NCBI GenBank assembly: GCA_021817985.1
Contig: JAKAFK010000009.1
Coordinates: 17,507 to 81,506 of the forward strand
Direction: 5' to 3'
Source: Pseudomonadota bacterium
Lineage (GTDB): Bacteria > Pseudomonadota > Gammaproteobacteria > Burkholderiales > JAKAFK01
Length of the DNA: 64,000 bases
The notes beneath the pieces are model-generated. The model searched no databases. It was not told the DNA's origin and worked only from the letters and a program-made list of their open reading frames with translations. Both the position numbers and the translations under genes were made by a program. Below are positions 37,419 to 47,267 of this stretch, piece by piece (the first letter of the stretch is position 1; every line of letters begins with the position of its first letter).

Positions 37419-38087
37419 TTAGCGCAGGCTGATGACCGGCCATCCACGCGCAAGCGCCGCCGCCCGCAGAGTCTCGTCGGGATCCACGGCCACCGGCTGG
37501 CTCACCCGTTCCAGCAAAGGCAGATCGTTCAGGGAATCGCTGTAAAACCAGCTCGCCTCGACCGAGGCCCAATCCAGCGACCGGGCGGCAAGCCAACCGT
37601 CCAGGCGCGCCACCTTGCCTTCGCGGAAGCTGGGGGTCCCGCTCACCGCCCCGGTGAATGCGCCATCCTTTTCTTCCGGCTCGGTGGCGATCAGGTGCGA
37701 CACGCCGAAGGCCTCCGCGATCGGGGCGGTCACGAAGCGGTTGGTCGCGGTCACGATGAGGAGTTCGTCGCCCGCCGCCCGATGGGCGGCGATCAGCTCG
37801 CGCGCCTTGGGCAGCATGATGGGCCGGATCCGGCTTTGCATGAACTGCGCATGCCACGCGTCAAGCTGGCTGCGCGGATGGCGTGACAAGGGCTTGAGCT
37901 GAAAATCCAGGAATTCGTGGATATCCAGCGTGCCCGCCTTGTACTGCGCATAGAACGCGTGGTTGCGCGCCTCGTAGACCTCTCGGTCGAGAACGCCCTG
38001 CGCGATCAGAAACTGCGCCCACTCGAAATCGCTGTCCCCCGCCAGCAGGGTGTTATCCAAGTCGAACAATGCCAAACGCACTCCCAT
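37419..38087 (-). CDS. HAD-IB family hydrolase (SerB-like phosphatase)
   Basis: Contains LALFDLDNTLL (the DxD nucleophile motif), IVTATN and YSDSLNDLPLL. The track start is 38117. ATG 38087 (MGVRLALFDLD...) is more likely. Confidence 0.85.
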   Translation of the reverse strand: MGVRLALFDLDNTLLAGDSDFEWAQFLIAQGVLDREVYEARNHAFYAQYKAGTLDIHEFLDFQLKPLSRHPRSQLDAWHAQFMQSRIRPIMLPKARELIAAHRAAGDELLIVTATNRFVTAPIAEAFGVSHLIATEPEEKDGAFTGAVSGTPSFREGKVARLDGWLAARSLDWASVEASWFYSDSLNDLPLLERVSQPVAVDPDETLRAAALARGWPVISLR

Positions 38088-38137
38088 ACCCCGCCCGTCG
38101 CCTTCAAAAAGGTTCAAGTATAGCGTAAAATTTTTTC

Positions 38138-38803
38138 ATGAATCTTCCTGATGCACTCATTCCCCAAACGCCCGGCCTGCTTGGGCTCGCCTTGTTTGCC
38201 GGCCTGTTGGCACGGGCCCTCTACACCGCGCCGTGGGGCCGGCTCAAAGAGTCGACGCAGCTCAATCTGTTCCTGGGCACCGCCGTCACCTTGGGGGCGA
38301 TCTGGAGCCTCCGGGCCGGCGTGCGCCCCGGCCTCGACTTGCACCTGCTCGGGGCGACCGCCTTTACCCTCCTGTGCGGGCCGGAACTCGCCATCGTGGG
38401 GCTGAGCATGGTCCTTGCGGTGGCGACCTATTATGGCGCCGGGGGATGGTGGAGCTTCCCGGAGAACGGCCTTTTCATGATCGTGCTGCCGGTTTGGATG
38501 AGCTACGCCATCTATCGCTGGGTCGACCGTCGTCTGCCGAACCACTTCTTCGTCTACGTGTTCGTCAACGCGTTTTTCGTGGCGGGCCTTGCGATTGCGG
38601 CAAGCGGGTTCGCCGGTTCCTCGTTTCTCGCCCTCACCGGCGCCTATTCCCTGCACTATCTCCTGTCCCAGTATCTGCCCTACTACATCCTGCTCGCATG
38701 GTCGGAAGCCCTGACCACCGGCATGGCGATGACCTTGATGGTGGTCTATCGCCCGCAATGGGTGTCGACCTTCGACGATGCGCGCTACATTCACCACAAG
38801 TAG
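38138..38803 (+). CDS. CbiM-like (energy-coupling-factor permease-like) membrane protein
   Basis: 221 aa with about 6 TM helices. The N-terminus MNLPDALIP resembles the MHIPDG start of CbiM/NikM. The functional assignment is tentative. Confidence 0.6.
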   Translation: MNLPDALIPQTPGLLGLALFAGLLARALYTAPWGRLKESTQLNLFLGTAVTLGAIWSLRAGVRPGLDLHLLGATAFTLLCGPELAIVGLSMVLAVATYYGAGGWWSFPENGLFMIVLPVWMSYAIYRWVDRRLPNHFFVYVFVNAFFVAGLAIAASGFAGSSFLALTGAYSLHYLLSQYLPYYILLAWSEALTTGMAMTLMVVYRPQWVSTFDDARYIHHK

Positions 38804-41800
38804 ATGGCCCGCTCGCAGGACGTGACGCCCGGGCGCCGGAAAGACGAGACGGCCGCCCCCCTGGACGGCGACGGACCGGCGTCCGTCGGCGCGCATCTCG
38901 CCGAGCTCGCGGGCCTGGCGGCGGGCGCGATGGCTGCCGATCGGCCGAAGCTCGAGGCGGAGCTCGCGCGGCTGAAGGCCCGGCACCGTGCCGGACACCC
39001 CATCGATCAGGCAACGGCCCGCCTGCGGGCGTCGATCCAGCGCTCGGTAAGCCGGCGCGAACAACGCGCAAAAGCGGCGCCGACGCCGACGTTTCCCGAG
39101 CAGCTGCCCATCTCGGCCCGGCGGGAAGCGATCGCCCAGGCGATTGCCGACCATCAAGTGGTCATTCTGTGCGGAGAGACGGGCTCAGGCAAGACCACGC
39201 AGCTGCCGAAGATCTGCCTTGCGCTGGGGCGCGGCGCCGGCGGCCTGATCGGCTGCACGCAGCCGCGCCGGATCGCGGCGAGAAGCGTGGCGGCACGGCT
39301 TGCGCAGGAGCTCGGCACGCCGCTCGGAACCACGGTCGGCTACAAGGTGCGCTTCGGCGACCGGACGGGCCCCGATACCCTGGTCAAGGTCATGACCGAC
39401 GGCATCCTGCTCGCCGAGACGCAGGGTGATCGCTTCTTGAACGCCTACGACACCCTCATCGTCGACGAGGCGCACGAGCGCAGCCTCAACATCGACTTCC
39501 TGCTCGGCTATCTCAAGGCGCTGCTGCCCAAACGTCCCGACCTCAAGATCATCATCACCTCCGCCACCATCGATCCCTTGCGGTTTTCTCGCCACTTCGG
39601 CGACGCCCCGGTCATCGAAGTCTCGGGGCGAAGCTTTCCGGTCGAGATTCGCTACCGGCCGGTAAGCACGGATGACGACGCGGGAGTCGAGCGGGCGGCG
39701 GAAGACGCGCTCTGGGATGCGACGGACGAGCTCCTGCGGCTCGGCCCCACGGGCGACATTCTCGTCTTCCTGCCCGGCGAGCGGGAGATCCGCGAGGCCG
39801 CGGAAGGCTTGCGCCGGCATGCCCACCCCGGCACCGAAATTTTACCGCTCTATGCCCGCCAGTCGTTCGAAGAGCAAGAGCGCGTCTTCCGTCCAGGCCC
39901 TTCCGCGCGCCGCATCATCCTCGCGACCAATGTGGCGGAAACCTCGCTCACGGTGCCGGGCATCCGCCACGTCATCGACACCGGGGTGGCGCGCATCAAG
40001 CGATACAGCTATCGCAACAAGGTGGACCAATTGCTGGTGGAGCCCATCTCGCAGGCCTCCGCCAACCAGCGCGCCGGCCGATGCGGACGTACGGCGCCCG
40101 GCGTATGCATCCGCCTATACAGCGAAGCGGATTTCAACCAACGCGCCCCGTTCACCGATGCGGAGATCCTGCGCACGTCGCTCGCCGGCACGATTCTGCA
40201 CATGCACGCCTTGAAGCTGGGCGACATCACGCGGTTTCCCTTCGTCGAGCCCCCGCTCCCGCGCATGATCGCCGACGGCTATCAGCTGTTGCAGGAGCTT
40301 GGCGCCATCGATGCCCAGCAGCGGCTCACCGACATCGGCCGCAGCCTCGCCCGCCTTCCAGTCGACCCGAAACTCGGGCGCATGCTGCTCGCGGCCCAAC
40401 GCTGGGGGGCGTTGACCGAGGTGCTGATCATCACCGCCGCGCTCTCCGTGCAAGATCCGCGCGTACGCCCCGCCGAGTCGGCGGGCAGCGCGGACGAGCG
40501 CCACCGGCGCTTCGAGCAGGCGCCATCGGACTTCATGACCTACGTCGGGCTCTGGGCTTTTTTCGACGAAGCCGTGAAGCATCAGAAGTCCCGCCGCAAG
40601 CTTGCGGAAACCTGTCGCGAACATTTCCTGTCGTACCTGCGCATGCGGGAATGGCGGGAGATCCATGGACAGTTGCACGCGGTCCTCGCCGAGATGGGGC
40701 TGCGTCTCAATACGGCCCCCGCCCCCTCTGAATCGATCCACCGCGCGCTCCTCACGGGGCTCCTCGGCAATCTGGGCGTGAAGACCGAGGAAGGCGCCTA
40801 TGCCGGCGCGCGCGACATCAAGTTCCAGATCTTCCCCGGTTCGGTGCTCCACAAGAAACGGCCCAAATGGATCATGGCCGCGGAACTGGTGGACACCGGC
40901 AAGCTCTATGGGCGGCTCGTCGCCCCAATCGAGCCCGAATGGGCCGAGGAAGCCGGCGCCCACCTTGTTCGCCGCACCCACTTCGATCCCCATTGGGAAC
41001 GTCGACCCGCCCAAGTCGCCGCATTCGAACGGGTGACGCTGTACGGGCTGACGCTTGCCCCCAGGCGACGCGTGCACTTCGGCCCCATCGACCCGGTCAA
41101 GGCGCGCGAGATCTTCATTCGTTCCGCGCTGGTCGCAGGCGATTTCGACACGCGCGCGCCGTTTCTCGAGCACAACCGATGCCTGCTGGAGGAGGTTCGT
41201 GAACTCGAGCACAAGTCGCGGCGGCAAGACGTGCTGGTGGATGATGAGCGCATGTTTGCCTTCTTCGACGCCCGCGTGCCGGCCGGCATCCACAACGGTG
41301 CCGCCTTCGAGGCATGGCGCCGCGAGGCCGAGGGACGGGAGCCCAGGCTGCTCTTCCTGAGCAAGGCCGACGTGATGCGCCATGAGGCCGAATCGGTCAC
41401 CCCCGATCTGTTTCCGCCGAGCCTGGTCGTGGGCGGCGCACCTTGCGCCTTACGGTACCGCTTCGAACCCGGTCATCCGTTGGACGGGGTGACGCTGACG
41501 GTGCCGCTCGCCCTCCTCAATCAGGTCGACGCCGCCCGCTGCGAGTGGCTTGTCCCAGGGCTCATCCGCGAGAAAATCAGCGAACTGATTCGGATGCTGC
41601 CCAAACCCGTGCGAAGGCTATGCGTGCCTGTGCCCGAGTTCGTCACCGCCGCCCTGACCCACCTGCCGTCGGGCGCGGACTCCCTCAAGGAGGCGTTGGC
41701 GTCCTTCGTACGGGCCCGCACCGGAACATCCGTCGCCGCCGCGGACTGGAACGATGCCGCACTGCCGGCGCACCTGCGGATGAATGTACGGGTCGTCGAC

Positions 41801-42760
41801 GAGGCCGGGCAAGAACTCGCCCAGGGGCGGGATATCGCGGACCTCAAGGACAAGCTTGGCGCCGCGGCACGTCTCACCTTCGCGCGCGAGCCGGTGCTTT
41901 CCATCGAGCGCGAGGACGTCAAGACCTGGGACTTCGGCGACCTTCCGCAGGAAATCGCCTTCGAGCGGGGCGGTGCGCGCCTGACCGGATTTCCCGCCCT
42001 GGCCGATGAAAAGGGCGCGATCGCCATCCGTCTCTTCGATACCCGGGAAGCGGCCGCGCAGGCGATGCGCGGGGGCGTGCGCCGGCTGATGGGACTCACG
42101 CTCAAGGAGCAGATGAAGCAGGTCGAAAGGCACTTCCCCGATCTGGCCAAGCTCGCGCTGCAGGCGCGCCCCATCGAGGACGCGGAAGCGTTTCGAGAGG
42201 ACCTCCTGGCGATGATCGCAGACCGCGCCTTCATCGGGGACGACGATCTACCGCGCACGGCGGCCGCCTTCGCCGTCCTCAAGGACCGCGCCCGCACCCG
42301 GCTGCCGGCCGTCACGCAGGCTTCCGCCCGTCTGGTCGCGCAGATGCTCGCCGAATACCAGGACATTGCCGGAAAGCTGGGGCGAGTGCCGGCACCCCTT
42401 TCGAGCGATATCAGAGAACAGTTGCGCCACCTCCTGTATCCGGGCTTTCTCCGGCAGACGCCCTGGACGCACCTGGAGCAGTTCCCCCGCTATCTCAAGG
42501 CGATTGTGCGGCGCATCGAGAGGTACCCCGGGCATGCCGAGCGCGATGCGCGTCAGGCGGCCACGGTGCGGGGGCTCTGGCAGCAGTATGCGGCACGCGT
42601 GGAGCAGCATCGCAAGGCGGGCATCACCGACCCGAGGTTGCCGGCATTCCGCTGGATGCTGGAGGAGCTTCGCGTGTCCTCCTTCGCCCAGGAGCTGCGC
42701 ACGCCCTACCCGGTTTCCGCCAAGCGACTGGGAAAACTATGGGACGAGATGCGCGCCTGA
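38804..42760 (+). CDS. hrpA: ATP-dependent RNA helicase HrpA (DEAH-box)
   Basis: 1318 aa. GETGSGKTTQLPK, DEAHERS, TSATID, TNVAETSLTVPGI and QRAGRCGR motifs, plus the long HrpA C-terminal region. Its ATG abuts the upstream TAG. Confidence 0.95.
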   Translation: MARSQDVTPGRRKDETAAPLDGDGPASVGAHLAELAGLAAGAMAADRPKLEAELARLKARHRAGHPIDQATARLRASIQRSVSRREQRAKAAPTPTFPEQLPISARREAIAQAIADHQVVILCGETGSGKTTQLPKICLALGRGAGGLIGCTQPRRIAARSVAARLAQELGTPLGTTVGYKVRFGDRTGPDTLVKVMTDGILLAETQGDRFLNAYDTLIVDEAHERSLNIDFLLGYLKALLPKRPDLKIIITSATIDPLRFSRHFGDAPVIEVSGRSFPVEIRYRPVSTDDDAGVERAAEDALWDATDELLRLGPTGDILVFLPGEREIREAAEGLRRHAHPGTEILPLYARQSFEEQERVFRPGPSARRIILATNVAETSLTVPGIRHVIDTGVARIKRYSYRNKVDQLLVEPISQASANQRAGRCGRTAPGVCIRLYSEADFNQRAPFTDAEILRTSLAGTILHMHALKLGDITRFPFVEPPLPRMIADGYQLLQELGAIDAQQRLTDIGRSLARLPVDPKLGRMLLAAQRWGALTEVLIITAALSVQDPRVRPAESAGSADERHRRFEQAPSDFMTYVGLWAFFDEAVKHQKSRRKLAETCREHFLSYLRMREWREIHGQLHAVLAEMGLRLNTAPAPSESIHRALLTGLLGNLGVKTEEGAYAGARDIKFQIFPGSVLHKKRPKWIMAAELVDTGKLYGRLVAPIEPEWAEEAGAHLVRRTHFDPHWERRPAQVAAFERVTLYGLTLAPRRRVHFGPIDPVKAREIFIRSALVAGDFDTRAPFLEHNRCLLEEVRELEHKSRRQDVLVDDERMFAFFDARVPAGIHNGAAFEAWRREAEGREPRLLFLSKADVMRHEAESVTPDLFPPSLVVGGAPCALRYRFEPGHPLDGVTLTVPLALLNQVDAARCEWLVPGLIREKISELIRMLPKPVRRLCVPVPEFVTAALTHLPSGADSLKEALASFVRARTGTSVAAADWNDAALPAHLRMNVRVVDEAGQELAQGRDIADLKDKLGAAARLTFAREPVLSIEREDVKTWDFGDLPQEIAFERGGARLTGFPALADEKGAIAIRLFDTREAAAQAMRGGVRRLMGLTLKEQMKQVERHFPDLAKLALQARPIEDAEAFREDLLAMIADRAFIGDDDLPRTAAAFAVLKDRARTRLPAVTQASARLVAQMLAEYQDIAGKLGRVPAPLSSDIREQLRHLLYPGFLRQTPWTHLEQFPRYLKAIVRRIERYPGHAERDARQAATVRGLWQQYAARVEQHRKAGITDPRLPAFRWMLEELRVSSFAQELRTPYPVSAKRLGKLWDEMRA

Positions 42761-42941
42761 CGCAAGGCTGCGGGTGCGAGGACGACAGCGCGCCGTGCCT
42801 CCGGATCGACGCCTGTTTCTTGCGAGACGCCTTCGTTCGAGGGCGGCGTTGAAGCGGCCTGTCGGATCCGGCGTCTTAGCAATCAGCCCGTCGATGAGAT
42901 CAGAGGACTCCGGCGGATGCGCCGGCCACCTCGGGCCCTCC

Positions 42942-44087
42942 TCAGCGCGCTGCCAACACCACTTCCGGCATGGGAAACCCGTTGAAGCGGGTCGCATACG
43001 CGGTGGAGTAGGCCCCCGCGCTCGCAATGAATACGTAATCCCCTTCTTGCAGATCCTCAGGCAGCATTGCCTCTTGCATCATGACATCCAGCGAGTCGCA
43101 GGTCGGGCCGGCAAGGGTCGAGGGGACCCCTCGCCCACTGCGTTCGGTATGCAGCGCGTATCGAAATCCCTCCACCGTTTCCATCAGGCCATGGAACACC
43201 CCGGCGTCAAGATAGACCCAACGCCGGCCTCGACGCATCGCCGTGCCCACCACGCGGCTCACGAGGACACCCGCATCGCTCACGAGAAAGCGCCCGGGCT
43301 CGGCGATCACCCGGAGGTCCTCCGGCAAGCCCGCAAGGGCCGCAGTGACGGATTCGCCGATGGCTTCGATCTCGGGAACAGGCTTTAGGTGGTGCACGGG
43401 GTAGCCGCCCCCGAGGTCGAGGAGACGCGGCACGAAGCGGGCCTCGTCCATCATGCCGAAGATCCGTTTGGCATTGGCGATGCCGATCGCCCAGTTCTCC
43501 AGATTGCGGCACTGCGAGCCCACGTGGAAGGTGACGCCCGCCAGATCGGCGTGAAGCCGCGCGGCCTCCTCGACGATGTCCCGACACTCGTCCGGGGTCG
43601 CGCCGAACTTCCCGGTCAAGGGCCATTCCGCGCCCGTGTTCGGCGTTTCGATGCGCAGATAGAGCTTCGCCTTCGGCACGACGGCCACGATCTTCCGAAG
43701 CTCATCCAGGCTGTCCAGAACATACCACTGAACCCCGGCGCGTGCCGCGTATTGCAGGGATTCGCGAGACTTGATGGGATTGCTGTAGAAAACCCCCTCG
43801 GGGGCAACGCCCAAGCCGAGCAGCAGATCGAGTTCGGCCACCGAGGCTATTTCGAAGCCCACACCTTCCTCGATAAGGACCGCCAGGACCGCGGGATGCG
43901 GATTGGCCTTGACCGCGTAATGCGGCTCGAGCCGCGGGATGGCGGCCTTGAAGCGGCGTGCCTGGGCGCGAACGCGTTCGAGATCGAGGAGGAGGAAAGG
44001 CGTCTTGCGGCCCTGACGCAATGCCTGCTGAACAAGCGCCAGATCGACGCCTCTGTCGGACGCGGCATCCGCATCAGTCCGCGACAT
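42942..44087 (-). CDS. group IV PLP-dependent decarboxylase (ornithine/lysine decarboxylase-like)
   Basis: Contains HYAVKANPHPAVLAVL (the PLP lysine), GFEIASVAEL, HVGSQ, LDLGGGYP, EPGRFLV, GPTCDSLD and a C-terminal beta-barrel. The track start is 44138. ATG 44087 (MSRTDADAAS...) is plausible. Confidence 0.85.
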   Translation of the reverse strand: MSRTDADAASDRGVDLALVQQALRQGRKTPFLLLDLERVRAQARRFKAAIPRLEPHYAVKANPHPAVLAVLIEEGVGFEIASVAELDLLLGLGVAPEGVFYSNPIKSRESLQYAARAGVQWYVLDSLDELRKIVAVVPKAKLYLRIETPNTGAEWPLTGKFGATPDECRDIVEEAARLHADLAGVTFHVGSQCRNLENWAIGIANAKRIFGMMDEARFVPRLLDLGGGYPVHHLKPVPEIEAIGESVTAALAGLPEDLRVIAEPGRFLVSDAGVLVSRVVGTAMRRGRRWVYLDAGVFHGLMETVEGFRYALHTERSGRGVPSTLAGPTCDSLDVMMQEAMLPEDLQEGDYVFIASAGAYSTAYATRFNGFPMPEVVLAAR

Positions 44088-44256
44088 CACCGCCAGCCAG
44101 ACCAATCCCTTCGCCGACCAGCCGACCCACCGGCGCACTCAGCGCCCGGCGCCGGGGCATCGCACGCGGACACGCCTTGCCCATCGACGGGCCCGCAATG
44201 ACCGTCGCCACTGCCCGCCGGTCCCGAGCGCCGACCTTTCGGGCCTGCAGGAACCA

Positions 44257-44442
44257 TCACGCCGCGACCGGCGCGTTGGCCCGCGACGGCGCGAGCAATC
44301 CCGCCTCGCGCATCATGAGGAACAGGGCCTTCTCGCTGTCGATGTTGAGGCGCTTCATGATCTCTCGCTGGGTGATCTTGCCCGCGCGGAAAAGAAGAAG
44401 GCTTTCGTAAAGACCACTCGCCGTAGATTGCTGCTGAAACAT
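44257..44442 (-). CDS. small hypothetical protein (61 aa)
   Basis: An internal ATG at 44442 has GGGAG 6-7 nt upstream. The sequence is MFQQQSTASGLYESLLLFRAGKITQREIMKRLNIDSEKALFLMMREAGLL.... It lies 169 nt upstream of the decarboxylase on the same strand. No family recognised. Confidence 0.4.
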   Translation of the reverse strand: MFQQQSTASGLYESLLLFRAGKITQREIMKRLNIDSEKALFLMMREAGLLAPSRANAPVAA

Positions 44443-44826
44443 GGTAAGACTCCCTGTAATCTCGCGTGTCGAGTCTTCTCGAACGAATGATTGGATGGCA
44501 CCACGTGGAGGAGAACCGCCGCTCATTAGAGGAAATAGGCGCATCAGGTCCGTGTCCTCCCATAAGCACAAGTATAGACCATGGCAAAAATCGGAACGGC
44601 CGGCTCAGGACCGGCCCATGCGCTGGTCTTTCCGGCTGCCTCATGGGCGGCCCCCCGGCCCTTGCGTCGAGGACGATACCCGCAAGGGCATTGAATTGAC
44701 CGGCGGCCACCCTCATGTGCTTATCTGGTCTATCCCGCGCCTTCGGTGTATATTCAATTTTACTGATGTTGCGCCCGCCCGCGCGGGCCTGGCGTTTTCT
44801 CACCAACCGATACCAGGAGTCTTGCC

Positions 44827-45327
44827 GTGGAGCGTGAAGCATTGACGGCCCAGGCCTTCGAACGAGCCTATGAGTTGGACCTCAAATACGGCTGTTGTCC
44901 CCAGTGCGTGCTCACCGCAGTCAAGGAAACGATCGGGGGCATCACCGACGACCTCATCAAGGCAAGCCACGGCCTGTCCGGCGGCAGCTGTCTGGTCGGC
45001 AGCGGGACCTGCGGGGCGCTGACCGGTGGCCTGCTGGCCCTGGGCACGCGGCGCGGCCGGGATGCGGACAAGCTGGACAAGGGGCGGGGGATGGCGAATT
45101 TCCAGGTTGGACGCCAACTGAGCGAGCGTTTCCGGCAAGAATTCGGCGGCACCTCGTGCGAGGAACTCCAGCAGCGCTTCTCCGGGCGCACCTGGGATTT
45201 CTGGAACCCGGCGGAATACAGCGCGTTTTCTACGGCGCGGGGCGACCAGTGCGCCCGCGCGTCCGGAATGGTGGCCCAGTGGGTGATCGAACTCCTGCAC
45301 GCCGCCCCGTCAACGGCGTTGCGCTGA
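44827..45327 (+). CDS. C_GCAxxG_C_C family (putative redox-active) protein
   Basis: 166 aa. GTG start with GGAG 8 nt upstream. YGCCPQCVLTAV, SGTCGALTGGLLALG and GGTSCEEL..GDQCARASG match the C-GCAxxG-C-C pattern. Confidence 0.8.
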   Translation: MEREALTAQAFERAYELDLKYGCCPQCVLTAVKETIGGITDDLIKASHGLSGGSCLVGSGTCGALTGGLLALGTRRGRDADKLDKGRGMANFQVGRQLSERFRQEFGGTSCEELQQRFSGRTWDFWNPAEYSAFSTARGDQCARASGMVAQWVIELLHAAPSTALR

Positions 45328-45352
45328 GGGCCAAGGCCGGGCGGCGATCGAC

Positions 45353-45697
45353 ATGGCACTCCATAACAGACAATTCGCAGTCACCCGAACCCTGCCTTTG
45401 GCGCCGCATGCCGCGGAAACCCTCGATCGCGCCCTCGACAAGCTTCGGGCGGCCACGGGGATCATCGAGGCCCGCTTGGCCCGTCCCGTATCGCTCGTGC
45501 TTCGCTATGATGCCTCCGCCATTGGCATCCGCGAGATCGAGACCCGTCTGCAAGAGGCAGGCATTGCGTGCAACGCCACGTTGGGATGGCGGCTCAAATC
45601 GGCCTGGTACGCCTTCGTCGACGGCAACGCCCGCTCCAACGCCGCCTCGACCGGTGGCGCCTGCTGCAACCGCCCGCCGCCCACCTCGAAACGTTAA
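45353..45697 (+). CDS. hypothetical protein: degenerate HMA-like fold with a C-terminal Cys-Cys tail
   Basis: 114 aa. FAVTRTLPLAPHAAETLDRALDKLRAATGIIEARLA..VSLVLRYDASAIGIREIETRLQEAGI has the spacing of a heavy-metal-associated domain but lacks its CxxC. The tail is ...STGGACCNRPPPTSKR. Starts 26 nt after the C_GCAxxG_C_C gene. Confidence 0.5.
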   Translation: MALHNRQFAVTRTLPLAPHAAETLDRALDKLRAATGIIEARLARPVSLVLRYDASAIGIREIETRLQEAGIACNATLGWRLKSAWYAFVDGNARSNAASTGGACCNRPPPTSKR

Positions 45698-45746
45698 CCC
45701 CGGCCGGCCGCCCCGTGCGGTCTTCTGCCCTTGCTGCGAGCATCCC

Positions 45747-46409
45747 ATGGATCGTGTCCTACCCGCCCTGGAGATCGAGCCCCCGGCACCGGCCGACGCC
45801 TGCGTCATCTGGCTGCATGGCCTGGGCGCGAATGGCTACGACTTCCAACCGGTGGTGCAGGCGCTGAGCCTTTCCACCGTGCGCTTCGTCCTGCCGCACG
45901 CACCCGAGCGCGCGGTCACCCTCAACGGCGGCTATGTCATGCCGGCATGGTATGACATCACGGATCCCGATTTGCGGCTAGGGGAAGACGCGCTCGGCAT
46001 CCGGGTTTCGCAAGATCAAGTGGAAGCGCTGATCGAACGAGAGAAAGGACGGGGCATTCCGGAAGCCCGCATCGTGCTGGCCGGATTCTCGCAAGGAGGC
46101 GCCATCGCCTTGCACACGGGTTTGCGCCACCCGGAATCCCTGGCCGGCATCCTGGCCTTGTCGACCTATCTGCCCCTCGCCTCCAGCGCGGCGGCCGAGG
46201 CGAGCCCGGCCAACGGCCACATCCCCGTGTTCATGGCACACGGATCATTCGACCCCATCATTCCTCTGCCCCACGCCCTCGCTTCTCGCGATCAGCTCGT
46301 TGCACTGGGGTGCGCCATCACCTGGCGCGAGTACCCCATGGCGCACACCGTGACGGCGCAAGAAATAACGGATATCGGCGACTGGCTGAAACACCGACTC
46401 GGCTTATAG
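45747..46409 (+). CDS. alpha/beta hydrolase, carboxylesterase/phospholipase (Abhydrolase_2) family
   Basis: Only the last part of the long track ORF 44895..46409 is real, starting at ATG 45747 (MDRVLPALEIEP...). Contains VIWLHGLGANG, the nucleophile elbow GFSQGG, and MAHG..D.I. Confidence 0.85.
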   Translation: MDRVLPALEIEPPAPADACVIWLHGLGANGYDFQPVVQALSLSTVRFVLPHAPERAVTLNGGYVMPAWYDITDPDLRLGEDALGIRVSQDQVEALIEREKGRGIPEARIVLAGFSQGGAIALHTGLRHPESLAGILALSTYLPLASSAAAEASPANGHIPVFMAHGSFDPIIPLPHALASRDQLVALGCAITWREYPMAHTVTAQEITDIGDWLKHRLGL

Positions 46410-46440
46410 GTCCGCCGAGACGCGCCGGCGCAGGAGGCCG

Positions 46441-46827
46441 TCAAGAAGCGGGAGAGGAACCGGGCGGCGACGAAGGGGGCGGAGTTTTCTCGACGATGAC
46501 GGTCAGGACTTCGTCGCCGATGGAAAACGCCTGCTTGACCGTCCCCGTGACCCGGATCTGCTCGCCTTTCGCGGGCAATGGCCGGGTGGTCACGACGTTG
46601 ATCGACGCCGTGCCGTCATTGAGGGTGAACCATTTGACAAAGACCAAGGAGAAGACATCCGTGACTTTGCCTTGCACCGTCACGGTATGGTCGGCATACT
46701 CGCGCGGGTTATCGAGTATGCTCTTGATGGGCACGGCGGCGGTGCACGCGACCAGAAGAAGGATCGGTGCGAGGACGGCGGCGACAGCCGCGCCTGTTCG
46801 ACGACGCATGTCCGTTACTCGGGCCAA
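46441..46827 (-). CDS. lipoprotein, OB-fold-like (hypothetical)
   Basis: Has a signal peptide with lipobox LLVAC. The mature part is beta-rich (HTVTVQGKVTDVF...FTLNDGTASINVVT...IRVTGTV) with a Pro/Ser tail. The start may be ATG 46809 (MRRRTG...). Confidence 0.6.
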   Translation of the reverse strand: MARVTDMRRRTGAAVAAVLAPILLLVACTAAVPIKSILDNPREYADHTVTVQGKVTDVFSLVFVKWFTLNDGTASINVVTTRPLPAKGEQIRVTGTVKQAFSIGDEVLTVIVEKTPPPSSPPGSSPAS

Positions 46828-47267
46828 TGCTTGATGTACCGCTTGAGAAGCTGGTTCTCAAAGCTGGCCTCGTGCAGGCATGCGCGGGCCACGTCGTGAA
46901 ACGAAATGATGCCCAGAAGATTCTCGCCGTCCATCACCGGAAGATGCTTGATCCGATGCTGGGTCATCACGCCGCGCACGTAGTCCACGGTATCTTCCGG
47001 ACTGCCGATGATGGGCTCGGTGCTCATGAGTTCGCTGACCGGGACGTCCTTGAGGTCGCAGCCGCGATCATGCATCGCCCGCATGATGTCGCGTTCCGTC
47101 ACGAGGCCCACCATCTCGCCGTTCAACTTGACGACAAGCGAGCCGACGTCATGCAGCACCATACGCTTCACAGCCTCCGTCACGGGGCGGTCGGGGGAAA
47201 TGCTGAAAACGTCATCGCCGCCCTTGACGGTCAGGATGTCACGGATAATCATCAAACGAGCCCTCAC
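46815..47267 (-). CDS. CBS-pair domain protein
   Basis: 150 aa with two CBS repeats (GSLVVKLNGEMVGLVTERDIMRAM; HLPVMDGENLLGIISFHDVARA). Confidence 0.85.
   Translation of the reverse strand: MRARLMIIRDILTVKGGDDVFSISPDRPVTEAVKRMVLHDVGSLVVKLNGEMVGLVTERDIMRAMHDRGCDLKDVPVSELMSTEPIIGSPEDTVDYVRGVMTQHRIKHLPVMDGENLLGIISFHDVARACLHEASFENQLLKRYIKHWPE

Noticed and set aside
33963-37432. Plus-strand ORFs of 650 aa (33963..35915) and 504 aa (35918..37432)
   Set aside because: They are antisense to panC, panB, folK and pcnB, all of which have textbook motifs on the minus strand.
38233-39429. Plus-strand 398-aa ORF overlapping the CbiM-like gene and the hrpA start
   Set aside because: Its frame competes with two ORFs that have sensible membrane or helicase sequences. 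The translation is Arg/Gly/Pro-rich.
40115-41383. Minus-strand 422-aa ORF inside hrpA
   Set aside because: It is antisense to the DEAH helicase reading frame, which is continuous over 1318 aa with all helicase motifs.
44895-46409. Plus-strand 504-aa ORF
   Set aside because: It is a composite open frame. Only its last 220 codons (from ATG 45747) encode the esterase. The upstream part overlaps the C_GCAxxG_C_C gene and the 114-aa ORF, which are in other frames, and reads as Arg/Pro/Gly-rich filler.
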